Origin: Stegostoma tigrinum
Taxonomy: Eukaryota
DNA length: 64,000 bases
Assembly: GCF_030684315.1 (NCBI RefSeq)
Contig: NC_081399.1
Span: forward strand, 9,162,113 to 9,226,112
Direction: 5' to 3'
Shown piece after piece: positions 22,381 to 35,703 of the stretch (within the stretch, counting starts at the first letter, position 1; each line of letters opens with the position of its first letter). The position numbers and the translations under genes were made by a program. The notes beneath the pieces were generated by a model. The model saw only the letters and a program-made list of their open reading frames with translations. It did not search any database and was not told the DNA's origin.

Positions 22381-23062
22381 TGTCCATGTACACAGAACCT
22401 TGAAAGTTGCCACCCAGGTTGACAGGGCTGTTAAGAAGGCATACAGTGTTTTTGCTTTTATTAATAGAGGGATCGAGTTCCGGAACCAAGAGGTTATGCT
22501 GCAGCTGTACAAAACTCTGGTGCGGCCGCACTTGGAGTATTGTATACAGTTCGGGTCACCGCATTATAAGAAGGATGTGGAAGCTTTGGAAAGGGTGCAG
22601 AGGAGATTTACTAGGATGTTGCCTGGTATGGAGGGAAGGTCTTATGAGGAAAGGCTGAGGGACTTGAGGCTGTTTTCATGAGAGAGAAGAAGGTTCAGAG
22701 GTGACTTAATTGAAACATATAAAATAATTAGAGGGTTAGATAGGGTGGCTAGGGAGAGCCTTTTTCCTAAGATGGTGATGGCGAGCACGAAGGGGCATAG
22801 CTTTAAATTGACGGCTGAAAGATATAGGACAGATGTCAGAGGTAGTTTCTTTACTCAGAGAGTAGTAAGGGAATGGAACACTTTGCCTGCAACGTAGTAG
22901 ATTCGCCAACTTTAAGTACATTTAAGTCGTCATTGAACAAGCATATGGACGTACATGGAATAGTGTAGGTTAGGTGGGCTTCAGATCGGCATGACAGGTC
23001 AACACAACATCGAGGGCCGAAGGGCCTGTTCTGTGCTGTAATGTTCTATGTTCTATGCTCTA
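22381..23062 (+). mobile_element. CR1 LINE 3' fragment
   Basis: LVRPHLEYCIQF..RVQRRFTRMLPG; (TTCTATG)n tail. Confidence 0.9.
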
Positions 23063-23091
23063 TGGACTCTACTTACATAGCTCGCTGCTGC

Positions 23092-26000
23092 GAATAGACA
23101 ATAGACAATAGGTGCAGGAGTAGGCCATTCGGCCCTTTGAGCCAGCACCACCATTCATTATGATCATGGCTGATCATCCACAATCAGTATCCTGTTCCTG
23201 CCTTATCCCCATAACCCTTAATTCCACTATGTTTAACAGCTCTATCCACCTCTTTCTTGAAAGTATCTAGAGAGGTGGCCTCCACTGCCTTCTGGGGCAG
23301 AGCATTCCATATATCCACCACTCTCTGGGTGAAGAAGTTTTTCCTCAACTCTGTTCTAAATGGCCTACCCCTTATTTTTAAACAGTGTCCTCTGGTTCTA
23401 GACTCACCCATCAGCGGAAACATGCTTCCTGCCTCCAGAGTGTCCAATCCCTTAATAATCTTATATGTCTCAATCAGATTCAGAAACAAAGAAACCAAGA
23501 AACCTACAGCACAGGAACAGGCCCTTTGGCCCTCCAAGCCTGCGCTGATCAAGATCCTCTGTCTAACCCGACATCTATTTTCTAACGGTCTGTGTCCATT
23601 TGTTCCCTGCCCATCCATGTACTTGTCCAAATATATCTTAAAAGTCGCTAACATGTCTGTGTCTACCACCTCCACTGGCAACCCGTTACAGACGCCCACC
23701 ACACTCTATGTAAAGAACTTTCCATGCATAGCTCCCTTAAACTTTCCTCCTCTCACTTTGAACTCATGACCCCTAGTAACTGAGTCCCCCACTCTGGGAA
23801 AAAGCTTTTTGCTATCCACCCTGTCTATACCCCTCATGATTTTGTCGACCTCAATCTGGTCCCCCCTCAATCTCCGTCTTTCTAATGAAAATAATCCTAG
23901 TCTATTCAACCTCTCTTCATAGCTAGCACCCTCCATACCAGGCAACATCCTGGTGAACCTCCTCTGCACACTCTCCAAAGCATCCACATCCTTTTGGTAA
24001 TGTGGTGACCAGAACTGTACACAGTACTCCAAATGTGGCCGAACCAAAGTCCTATACAACTGCAACATGACCTGCCAACTCTTGTACTCAATACCCCGCC
24101 CAATGAAGGAAAGCATGCCATATGCCTTCTTGATCACCCTATTGACCTGCGTTGTCACCTTCAGGGAACAATGGACCTGAACACCCAGATCTCTCTGTTC
24201 ATCAATTTTCCCCAGGATTTTTCCATTTATTGTATAGTTCGCCCTTGAATTTGATCTTCCAAAATGCATGACCTCGCATTTGCCTGGATTGAACTCCATC
24301 TGCCATTTATCTGCCCAACTCTCCAGTCTATCTATATTCTGCTGTAATCTCTGACAGTCCCCTTCACTATCTGCTACTCCACCAATCTTAGTGTCATCAG
24401 CAAACTTGCTGGCCAGGCCACCTACACCTTCCTCCAGATCATTTACATATATCACAAACAACAGTGGTCCCAGCACAGATCCCTGTGGAACACCACTGGT
24501 CACAGGTCTCCAATTTGAGAAACTCTCTTCTACTAGAACTCTCTGTTTCCTGTTGCCCAGCCAGTTTTTTATCCATCTAGCTAGCACACTCTCGACCCCA
24601 TGTGACTTCACTTTCTCCATCAGCCTGCCATGGGGAACCTTATCAAACACCTTACTGAAGCCCATGTATATGACATCTACAGCCTTTCCCTCATCAATCA
24701 ACTTTGTCACGTCCTCAAAGAATTCTATTAAGACATGACCTTCCCTGTACACAACCATGTTGCCTATCACTGATAAGCCCATTTTCTTCCAAATGGGAAT
24801 AGATCCTATCCCTCAGTATCTTCTCCAGTAGCTTCCCTACCCCTGACATCAGGCTCACTGGTCGATAATTACCTGGATTATCCTTGCTGCCCTTCTTAAA
24901 CAAGGGGACAACATTAGCAAGTCTCCAGTCCTCTGGGACCTCACCCGTGTCTAAGGATGCTGCAAAGATATCTGTTAAGGCCCTCGCTATTTCCTCTCTT
25001 GCTTCCCTCAGCAACCTGGGATAGATCCCATTCGGACCTGGGGACTTGTCCACCTTAATGTCTTTTAGGATACCCAACACTTCCTCCTTCCTTATGTCAA
25101 CTTGAACTAGAGTAAGCAAACATCTATCCCTAACCTCAACATCCATCATGTCCCTCTCCTTGGTGAATACTGATGCAAAGTACTCGTTAAGAATGTCACC
25201 CATTTTCTCTGACTCAGCGCATAACTTTCCTTCTTTGTCCTTAAGTGGGCCAATCCTTTCTCTAGTTACCCTCTTGCTCTTTATATATGAATAAAAGGCT
25301 TTGGGATTTTCCTTAACCATGTTTGCCAGTAATATCTCATTCCCTCTCATCCTTCTAAACTCAAGTGTATATAAGCCCAGTCGCTCCAATCTTTCAACAT
25401 ATGATAGTCCCGCCATTCTGGGAAATCACCTCATGAACCTACGCTGCACTCCCTCAATAGCCAGATTGTCCTTCCTCAAATTGGAAGACCAAAACTGCAC
25501 ACAATATTCCAGGTGCAGTCTCACCAGGGCCCTGTACAGCTGCAGAATGACCTCTTTGCTCCTATACTCAATTCCTTTTGTGATGAAGGCCAGCATGCCA
25601 TTAGCTTTCTTCACTGCCTGCTGTACCTGTATGCTTGCTTTCATTGACTGACGTACAAGAACACCTCGATCTTGTTGTACTTCCCCTTTACCTAACTTGA
25701 CTCCATTTAGATAGTAATCTGCCTTCCTGTTCTTGCCACCAAAGTGGATAAGCACACATTTATCCACATTAAACTGCATCTGCCATGCATCCGTCCATTC
25801 ACCGAGCCTGTCCAAGTCACCCTGTATTCTCATAACATCCTCCTCACATTTCACACTGCCACCCAGCTTTGTGTCATCAGCAAATTTGCTAATATTACTT
25901 TTAATGCCTTCGTCTATATCATTAACGTATATCGTAAACAGCTGCGGTCCCAGCACCGAACCTTGTGGTACCCCACTGGTCACTGCCTGCCATTTATCAC

Positions 26001-27257
26001 TACCCTTTGCTTCCTGTCAGCCAGCCAATTTTCAATCCAAGCCAGTATTTTTCCCCCGGTACCATTGCCCTAATTTTGCTCACTATCTCCTATGTGGGAC
26101 TTTATCAAAGGCTTTCTGAAAGTCCAGGTATACTACATTCACTGGTTCTCCCTTGTCCATCTTCATAGATATATCCTCAAAAAATTCCAGAAGATGAGTC
26201 AAGCACGATTTCCCCTTCGTAAATCCATGCTGACTCTGACCTATCCTGTTACTGCTATCCAAATGAGTTGTAATTTCATTTTTTATAATTGACTCCAGCA
26301 TCTTTCCCACCACTGACATCAGGTTAACCAGTCTATAATTCCCTGTTTTCTCTCTCCCTCCTTTCTTGAAAAATGGGACAACATTAGCCACCCTCCAATC
26401 CATAGGAACTGATCCTGAATCTATAGAACCTTGGAAAATAATTATGAACGCGTCCACAATTTCTAGAGCCACCTCCTTAAGTACCCTGGGATGCAGACCA
26501 TCAGGTCCCGGGGACTTATCAGCCTTCAGACCTAACAGTCTATCCAACACCATTTCCTGCCTAATATAAATACCCTTCAGTTCGTCCATTACCCTTGGTC
26601 CTCCAGCCACTACTGCATCTGGGAGATTGCTTGTGTCTTCCCTAGTGAAGACAGATCCAAAATACTATTCAACTCATCTGCCATTTCCCTGTTGCCCATA
26701 ATAAATTCACCCGTTTCTGACTTCAAGGGCCCAATTTTAGTCGTAACCATTTTTTTTCTTTTCACATACCTAAAAAAGCTTTTTTGGTCAGTTTTCCTTC
26801 ATACCTCATTTTTTCTCTGTGTATTGCCTTTTCAGTTATCCGCTGTTGCTCTTTAAAAGCTTCCCAGTCCTCCGGCTTCCCACTCATCTTTGCTATGTTA
26901 TACTTCTCTTTTATCTTTATACAGTCCTTAACTTCCCTTGTCAACCACGGCCGCCCCTGCCTCCCCTTAGGATCTTTCTTCCTCTTTGGAATGAACTGAT
27001 CCTGCACCTTCTGCATTATATCCAGAAATAACTGCCACTGTTGTTCCACTGCCATCCCTGTGAGGGTATTGTACCACTGAACTTTGGCCAGCTCCTCCCT
27101 CATAGCTCCATAGTTCCCTTTATTCAACTGCAATACTGACACTTCCGATTCTCCCTTCGCCCTCTCAAACTGCAGATTAAAACTTATCATATTATGGTCA
27201 CTACCTCCTAATGGCTCCTTTACTTCGAATTCCCTGATCAAATCCGGTTCGTTGCAC
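23092..27257 (-). mobile_element. CR1 LINE (5'-truncated) carrying a nested CR1
   Basis: KSPGPDG, YLDFQKAFDKV, GVPQGSVLGP, KFADD motifs; internal deletions. Confidence 0.9.
23482..25338 (-). mobile_element. Nested CR1 LINE (second subfamily)
   Basis: A second complete set of RT motifs (23706-25338) with its own 3' tail; the host sequence resumes at ~25339. Confidence 0.88.
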
Positions 27258-28559
27258 CGAAAAGGCAGCCAACATCGTCAAAGACCCATTGCAACCCGGT
27301 AATGATCTCCTAGGCAGAAGACACAGAAGCCTGAACATGCCTGAGCAGATTCAGGAACAGCTTCTTCCTGGCCATTATCAGACTGATGAATGGACTCTCT
27401 TGCCTCAAATAGCACTCATCTTGCTAACATTGATCTCGCCTTGCACATACCCTGTGCAATATAACCAGTATGCCTCTGTCTGAGTCTTTTTGATCCGTAC
27501 GATAAGATCTTACTATGATTTGCCTGTACCGCTCGTAAACTGTATTTCAGTGCATGTGACAAAAAAATCAACAATCATGTAAAATGTTGGAGTAAAATTA
27601 AGACTTGAGAAATGTTAAGATTGCATAAGGTGGTATAAGGGGTAAGGAAGAGTGAATGTATTGTAATTCATGTTTTGTTGTTGGTCTATCACATATTTTG
27701 TAAAGAAATACATTTCTGAAATAGTATTTTATATATTTAGGGGTGATGGACTGTAAAGACGGTATAATTTTATTTTTACCAGATTTATTTATCATCATGG
27801 GCTAAAATGAGAAAAGAACTGTTTTAACAAAGCCAAGGATAGCTGTAGGTTTTGAAGGCAAGTCACTTGACTTGTTCGAGGAGTGGTTAAAGTTTGCAAA
27901 TGAACTAGAGCTGAGGGGAAGCGTACTGATGGACTCTTGATTGGTGTAAGTAGCTGATTTATCAGTGGACTACTGGCCAGATATCAATGACACATTTTCC
28001 AACACCCATGTGTTTGGGGCTGTAAACAAGATACAGCAGAGTTATCAGGTTTCTACCAGCTCAGAAGGTCTATATGTTCTTTGACATAAAAGCCCATTTT
28101 GCCTGAAGAAAACCAGCTTATCTTTCCTTCAGCAAATTGTGACTTTTAACTCATATGTAAAAGACCTTCCATAAGTGAACCAGCCTTTCTGTGCATCTTG
28201 CAAAGCAGTGGAAGCATCTGGAGATGGATGGACGAGATACAGTGTTCTGACCAGCACCAGAATGACAAGAATCACCTCAGTAACCCTGAAGAGGAACCAC
28301 TGAACTGCGATCCTGTACCCGCAGCACATTTTAATTAATGTCTTGTGTGTACCTGTGTGTGAGTATGTAAGTGGGAGTTTATAGGCTCAATTAAGTGGTT
28401 TTCCAACACGTATTGAATCTCTGTTCCCACCTGAGCTTGTTCTTTTTCTGACCTCAACTAATAGCATGCTATTTAATCAGTCCTGACTCCTCCACCGCCA
28501 TCATGCTCAGCTAATGAACTACAACTAGGAGTATCGCTACAGATTAACTAGTCATTCCT

Positions 28560-28940
28560 GAAGAGAAACAGAAGTTGCTGTAAAAGCTCAGCTGGTCTAG
28601 TAGCATCTGTGAAGAAGAATCAGAGTTAATGTTTCTGATCTGGTGACCCTTCCTCAGAACTGATGGTAGCTAGGAAAATGTCAGTTTAGATGCAGAACAT
28701 AGAGTGGTGGGAGGGGGTAAGAAGTAAATAATAGGTGAGAAGAAAGAGAGAGAAGAACAGTTAGACAAACAAAAGAGTTGATAACGATTTGGATAGGAGG
28801 GTGAATAGCTGTTAGTGAAGACACCAGACCTAAAACTTTAACTCTGATTTTTCCTGAAATGCTGCCGGAATTACTGAGCTTTTCCAGCAAATTCTGTTTT
28901 TGTTCCTGATTTACAGAATCTGCAGTTTTTTTTGGTTTTT
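28560..28940. mobile_element. Inverted pair of old Penelope-tail-like short elements
   Basis: Arms ~28563-28660 and ~28825-28935 are roughly complementary, with a degenerate CTGAGGAAGGGTCAC..GAAAC core. Related copies at ~29965-30090 and ~42063-42157. Confidence 0.6.
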
Positions 28941-29869
28941 AAATGAAGGACGGCTTAGTGACAGGATACCGGCCTCTGTGCAGTTATTTCGCGTCCTCAG
29001 CACTCTAACAGGACCCTCACATTCATTGTCCCTTCTCCAATTATGAGATCATGGTGCCTAATGGTCCCAGTATTTCTGTGTTAGTGTATAAAATTGCAAA
29101 AGGTTTTTTTTTGAGAACTTTCTCCTCCTTTTATCTCACTTTCATTATATCTGCCCTTCTTACCTTTAAACACACTTTCTCCTCCTCATCCTCTTGTCTA
29201 AAATGTTACCTTTTCTTTATGTTTATGTGACATAATCAATGCATCTTCTTGCAATCAGGAGTATTTATGAGATCAGTTACTTTACTGTCCCTTCAAACTA
29301 CCTTTGAATTTTACTTTCAGCTGTTCACCTTGCGAAGGCAACAATACCAACAATTCATCTCCCATTTTGAGCATTCTGGGTGATGAATGTTTATCTGCCC
29401 ATTCTCTTACTTTCATTTATGGAACTTCTAAATGTTCTCGTTCTGCTACCCTACTTATTACAGTCTTATGACTCCTTTGAGAAACATGGACTCAATCTAA
29501 CATTAAAGGTTCACCTTATCAAGTCAAGGGCTTCTCCCTAATCAGTTTCAAATGGACCTCAAATCACATGACCACAATCAATTCAATCGGATAAAATCCG
29601 GTAGATTCCTTTGAACCTCTGGTAGCAGATAATAAGAAAGTCAGCTGTTAGTCATGCTCTTGAAAGTCTGATGTTCTGCCCGATTGTGGATGATAGACTT
29701 TTGACTTTCATTGTTTATATCTAAACTATTGATTTCCTGGAAAATATTAAACAATGTTTTTAATTCAATTTAATCATTCAATTGTAAACAAAATTAAAAT
29801 TACAACTGTTAGGCTGTGTCTCAGTTGGTAGTCCATAATGAGTTTTAAAAAAACTTGTGTGCAGAAAAA

Positions 29870-30490
29870 TCAAAAATTGGAGCAGGATTTTATCAGACTG
29901 ATGCCTGGAATGACAAAGCTGCTATGTGAAGAGAGACTGGATTAGTTAGGATTATAATCACTGGAACAAAAACAATGTTGTTGGAAAAGCTCAGCAGGTC
30001 TGTGAAGAAGATATCAGAGTTAATATTTCAAGTCTGGTGACCCTTCCTCAGAACAGCCATTTCTGGGCATCTGCAGTTCTATTGGTTTTTATAATCACTG
30101 GAGTTTGGAAGAGAAGTGGTTGGTGGGGTACGCAGGGTCTCATAAAACTCTATGAGATTCTAACAGTACTGACAGGGTTAAGACAGGAAGGAAATTCCCA
30201 AAGATTAGGGTGACCAGTTTAAGGATATAGGTTATGCCGTTTAGAACTTAGATGAGAAAAATTTCTTTACCCGAGACTGATAAGCCTTTGAAACGATCAG
30301 CCATGAAAAGCGGTTGAGGCCAAAATATTGAATGTTTTCAAAAAGGAATTAGATATAGTTCTTAGGGATAAAGGAATCAAAAGGTGTGGGGAGAAAGTGG
30401 GAACAAGGTACTGAGTCAGTTGATGAGCTATTGCATTGAGTGGCGGAGCAGGCTAGAGGGCTAAACGGCCTACTCCTGCTCCTATTTTTC
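29870..30490 (+). mobile_element. Decayed CR1 3' end
   Basis: Similar to the other CR1 tails; interrupted by a short element. Confidence 0.7.
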
Positions 30491-31327
30491 GTCTTTATGA
30501 AGTCTTGGCCTTCATGCCTGCATCTTCTGTATTCCCATGTGTCCTGTCATAGTAATTCTACTCACAATGCTTCATTATGATATCTGCACAGGAGCATTAT
30601 TTGTTGAACAGTGGTCCGTTCTTCACCTTCAGGTCTGTGAAAATGTCTCCACTTCCTCATCAGACCTCTGTTTTTAACATAATAACACTCTGGGACTCAT
30701 TCAGCCTCAGCTTCAGTGTGAGGTTTCTGTGCTATCTGTTTTAACTCTGGATCTACTTCCTGAGTCTCAATCCATGAAGATGTACCAAACACTTATTTTG
30801 AAATATCCTTATTCTTATGTAGAGTTTCAGCTCCCCTAACACCTTCATGTGGCATTACAGATACCTCTGGTGATGGACTTTGTCTTGCCATTGTTCTGAA
30901 CGTAACACGGAAAAATGCTCAGAACATGTTCCTGCAACTGTTCTGTCTTTAGTTTCAACTGGAGTTTCCATGGGTTTTCATTTCTGCCAAATCAGTCCCA
31001 GGAGTAAATAAGCTGCATCCACAGATTATTTCTTAACTATTTCAATTATCACTAGTGCAGACAACAAGTTGCACTCCAATTGGACCTTGTAAGATGGAAC
31101 AAGGATGTACTCTAACTCTCTCATTTACCAACACTTATGCTTTCATTGAACTCTGGAGTGAAAATGAAATCCTTCTTCAACAAAGAGAGTTGAGTAGCCA
31201 ATGTGCCCCTTTGTGTAGTACCTTTAAAGAGAAAGGAGATGTATTCGTTTCTGACAAAAATCCTTCAAATCTCTCACTTACCCTTTGTATTTCTTCTGCA
31301 CTCACCGCATTCTCTATCTATAGCGAT

Positions 31328-34300
31328 TGTAACGAGGGCAGCCAGGTGGACCTCATAGAATATGAGTTTGCAGATTGGGGCTTTATTCTTGTCCAATCAG
31401 GGAGCCCTGGCTTACAAATATAAACAGGAGTGTTAGGCGTTCTGAACACTCTAGGAGCCTGCTTTGAGCTACTTAGGCCAGTGGTGCATGTTATGCATAC
31501 ATAAACAAAGGGTGACTTGGTGACAGTCTACCAGCATTTGTAGAGTTATTTCAGTGGTGATGAGAGAAAGACATTTCAGGCATCATGCCACTATTTGGGA
31601 AGAGTTAGTTGTTTGATTCTCCTGTCGAAGACTGGGCCCAGTATGTGGAAAAAATGCATTGTTTTGGGCAAATGACATTGGGGGAGGTGAAAAGCAGTGA
31701 ATAATTCTCCTGACAGCTTGTGGGACCCACATTGTTTTCATTTGTTAAAAGCTTAACTAGGTTGTGGCACCAGATTATTAAATCTTTCAAGAGTTGACGG
31801 ATTTAGCTCAGGAATACTCTGACTCCAAGCCTCCTCTAATTCTGCGACGCTATTGGTTTCATTTGGCAATTCAAAAACCAGGGGAATTTGTATCGGGATT
31901 TTTGACAAGATTAGGACAAGTGGCAGAGGCATATGATTTTGGTTTAACCCTAACAGATGCTGAGACACTGTTAAGTATGTGGGATATGCAAAAGCACCTG
32001 CCAACTGCAGCCCATCTGGACTTCAAATGGACACTACGACTGGCTTTGTCATTAGAAAATACAGAAGTGGAGCTTAACAGTTACCAGGTATTCCAACAGA
32101 AGTGGATATCCTTGCAAGGTCAGCTGAACTGGGGGAACACCACTTGAGTGAAAGCAATTAAACAGCCTCCTCAGGACAGAGGGACTCTAGGTCAGGCCAC
32201 AGCAAGACACCAAAACAGAGCCAAGCCTCGCCAAATGATTAAAATTTTCTTCCGGGTCTGGGCCAACAGGCCATTGTAGTTGCTGCTGATATGTGGACGT
32301 GATACAGCAAAGAGTCCCACTAGGCCTGAATTCAGTAAGAGAACTCATAGACCAGTATCCAGGAGAGTGCATGCTCTGGAAAAACCTTCTACAGTTGGTT
32401 TGGAACAGTTAAATTGCTCAACAACATCCAAATCAGAACCAAGCAAAATAAACGTCTAGCTAAATGGTCACCTTCAAAGGAGGTCAATACCAGCGTGGCC
32501 GTATCAGTGATTGCGGAACCAGTCTTTACCAAGGTTTGTTCTGAATTCCAACTCTTAAGTTTCTGTGAGACCTCACGCAAGCTGAGAATCTAAACCAGGG
32601 AAACTTTACAGATCAAGGGTACTACTTCAATTCCAGTCCCTTAGCACAAGCAGCTGGCTCGGTTACCACTGATTGTAGTAAAAGGCTCAGGCCCAAACTC
32701 GATGGGGCAAAATTGGTTGAGAAAGATTCAACTTGATTGACTCAATATTTTTCAATTACAAAATGGCTGCCCGAGTGATGACCTGATGAAATACCCAGAA
32801 GTTTATCAGGAAGATCTAGGGATTATCAGTGGGGCCAAGGCCACCTTAAATGTTGACCAAGAAGAAATCCATGATTCTGCAAGGCCCGCTTAGTGCCATT
32901 TGCCTTATGGGCAAAGATAGAGACAGAAATCAGCAGGCTGGAAAAAGAAGGAATCGTGAAACCAGTCCAGTTTGTGGTGCGAGCAGCATCTGTCATACTG
33001 TTTGTGAAGCCCAACAGATCAGTTCACTTTTGTAGGGATTTCAAACAAACGGTAATCCACTTTTTGCAGCTGGATAAATACCCAGTCCCTAGCATAGAGG
33101 ACTTAAGTTGCAAAACTGGCTGGGAGGTTTGGGGGTGGGGTGCCTGTCCTTCACAAAGTTGGATGTCAGCCATAAATACCTGCGATTGCAATTAGATGAT
33201 GATTCCCAGAAGGATGCTACAAATACATAAAGGTTTATACCAACATACGAGACTGTCTTTTGGTATCATCAGCCTGTGCCATTTTCCAGTGGATGATGGA
33301 ATACATTTCACAAGGTCTACCCGGGTCGCCATTTATCTAGATGATGTGCTAATACCGGAAAGATGAATAAAGAGAATTTAGAGAACTTGGACATAGTGCT
33401 AAATGTTTCTCCAAGGTGAGTGTATGCCTGAGGAGAGAAAAGTGTGTGTTCCAGGCATACCAAGTGATCTTCTTGGGCTACAGAGTTGACAAGACTGGGT
33501 TACACCAGTTGCAAAATAAAGTGAGGGCAATCAAACGTGCCCTGGCTCCCAGATCCACACCAGACCTTAGGTTTTTCCTTGGGTTGGTGAATTATTATGG
33601 AAAACTCCTATGTAACCTGGCCTCCATCCTGTCTCGCTTACACGATGTAGCCTTTAGAGAAATGAAAAAGGAGCTCTCATCATCTCAGATGTTGGCGTAC
33701 TACGATCCCAAGCGAGATGTGGTGCTGGCATGTGATGTCTCCCCATATAGTATTGGGGTTGTCTTGGCTCACCGGTGGCCAAATGGAGAGGAATGCCTGA
33801 TAGCATGTGTTTCCTGGACTTCGGCTGATTCTGAGTGAAGATATGCCCAGCTGGAGAAGGAAAGTTTGGTGGTCATCTATGGTGTGAGAAAATTCCATCA
33901 ATTTCTTTACAAATGTAAATTTGTAATAGTAACTGACCACAAACCTCTGCTGGGGCTCCTTAAAAAGGGCAGATCCAAGTTACCCATAGCTTCAGGTCAA
34001 ATTCAGCAGTGACTCTTATTCTGATGCAAACAATTAAAAGTTGGAAACCTATTCGGAAGACCAAGTGGCAAATGTGGATTACTTGAGCTACCCCAGCTGG
34101 TGAATGCTCCACCAGAAAAATCTGTTTTGATTTTAAACTTTCTGTACACCCTTATGATCACCATTGACAATTTCAGACTGCAGACACAAAATGATCCTAT
34201 CCTGGCAAAACCAAACCAGCTGGTGGTGATGGGGAAATGAAAGGGCCATCACAGCCAGAATTGAAACCTTTCTGGACCTGGTGAGAGGAGATCACCGTAA

Positions 34301-35130
34301 AGAATGCAATATTATTATGGGTAGCAAGATTGATTGTCCTGAGCAAAGGTCACTGCCAGATAGTGGCTTAGTTCCATCAGAGTCATCCAAGAGTGTCCAA
34401 AATGAAGATGTTGTTGAGAAGTTATGTCTGGTGGCCAGGATTGGATGCCGACGTAGCAACATTGGTGGGCCAGTACCCAGAGTGCCAATAAGGACAAACA
34501 TCACCACCAGCAGTTCCCCTATATCTATGGGAATGGTTGGGTATACCCTGGACTTGATTATGCATCGATGATACAGGTCCTTTCATGGCTTCCATGTTCT
34601 TAGTCATTGTGGATGTCCACTCAATGTGGTAGAACACGTGTAGAGTTCATTCATCAAACACAGGGATGATGATTTAAAAGTTGTAAGTATCTTTTGCAAT
34701 GTGCAGACTCCTGGAGGTGTTGGTCACAGACAATGGGCCGTCATTTACCCACAGACAATTCAACTATCTCCCAAAGTTGAATGGCACTCAGCATGTAAGG
34801 ATAGCTCCATACCTTCCATTGTCCAGTGGTCTGGCGGAAAGAGCATTCAAACTTTGAAGGCCGGCTTAAAGGAACAATCTATTGTTTCAATCAACTACAA
34901 ACTGTCCTAGTTCCTGTTTGATTATTGGACCACACCTCATGCAAATAAAGGGACAGCTCCAACAAAGTTGCTAATGGGGGCAAGTTACCACACCAGGTTA
35001 AACCTGATCTTCCTGGACCTGGAGCGGAATGGGGGAAAGGTGAAACGGCATCAGGTATCCCAATGCCGGACACAAGGTGCATCTAAGCGAGAGAGGCAGC
35101 TTACTTCAAGGTGTGAAGTTTGGTGTTGAT
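31328..35130 (+). mobile_element. Gypsy LTR retrotransposon, decayed; 5' LTR 31328-31553, 3' LTR not seen
   Basis: TG..CA LTR with TATAAA, followed by PBS-like GTGGTGATGAG. gag MPLFG..; RT (DFKQTV, IYLDDVL); RNase H (ACDVSPYSIGVVL); integrase (VTDNGPSF). Confidence 0.88.
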
Positions 35131-35703
35131 TCTGAACAAGGCCTCACACCCAACATGCATTGTCTGACCTAAAATGTCACCTCTTCTTTACGCTGATAAA
35201 AACCTTTCGTTCTCTCAGGACCATGACTTGAAAGGATCAAAGGTGTGGTCCTCGATACCCGCATCGCCCCCAGTAATGCCTTTCTCTTTGCAGGTTTTGT
35301 GGAACATTCTTCTTCCAATCCTAATTACTTTGCCATCTGTTTCTGGTTCAGAGACAGGAAAACAGGACTACTGGACTTTCAAAATGGCTTTCAGCTCATC
35401 AGTTTTTTGCGTATACATATTAATCAATTAAAATCTTCTAACTGATTAAAGATTTAACAGCTTCTTAGGTTTGTTCGTACATCCTCATCAATGATGTAAA
35501 CCTTTTTTACCTCCAAATTCTGTATCTGATACTGTCTCTTTCACTTACACCTGAAGAAGGACTGAGGCTCTGAAGGCTTGTGTTTTCAAATAAACCTATT
35601 GACTATAATCTGGTGCCATGTGATTTCTGACCTCATCATAGGCTGTATTCAAATATGGACATTCTGGGTGTTCCAGAGATGTGGATCCAGAGGCTTACCT
35701 GTA

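Larger units (their letters stand above)
22240..27575 (+). mobile_element. Rex1/Babar-like LINE 3' end split by nested CR1 insertions
   Basis: YRCAIExILSxCIVAWYG..KLQKV..LPSM|DS..ARC|..KAANIVKDP continues across the inserts (pieces 22240-22380, ~23066-23091, ~27258-27575). Confidence 0.75.
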
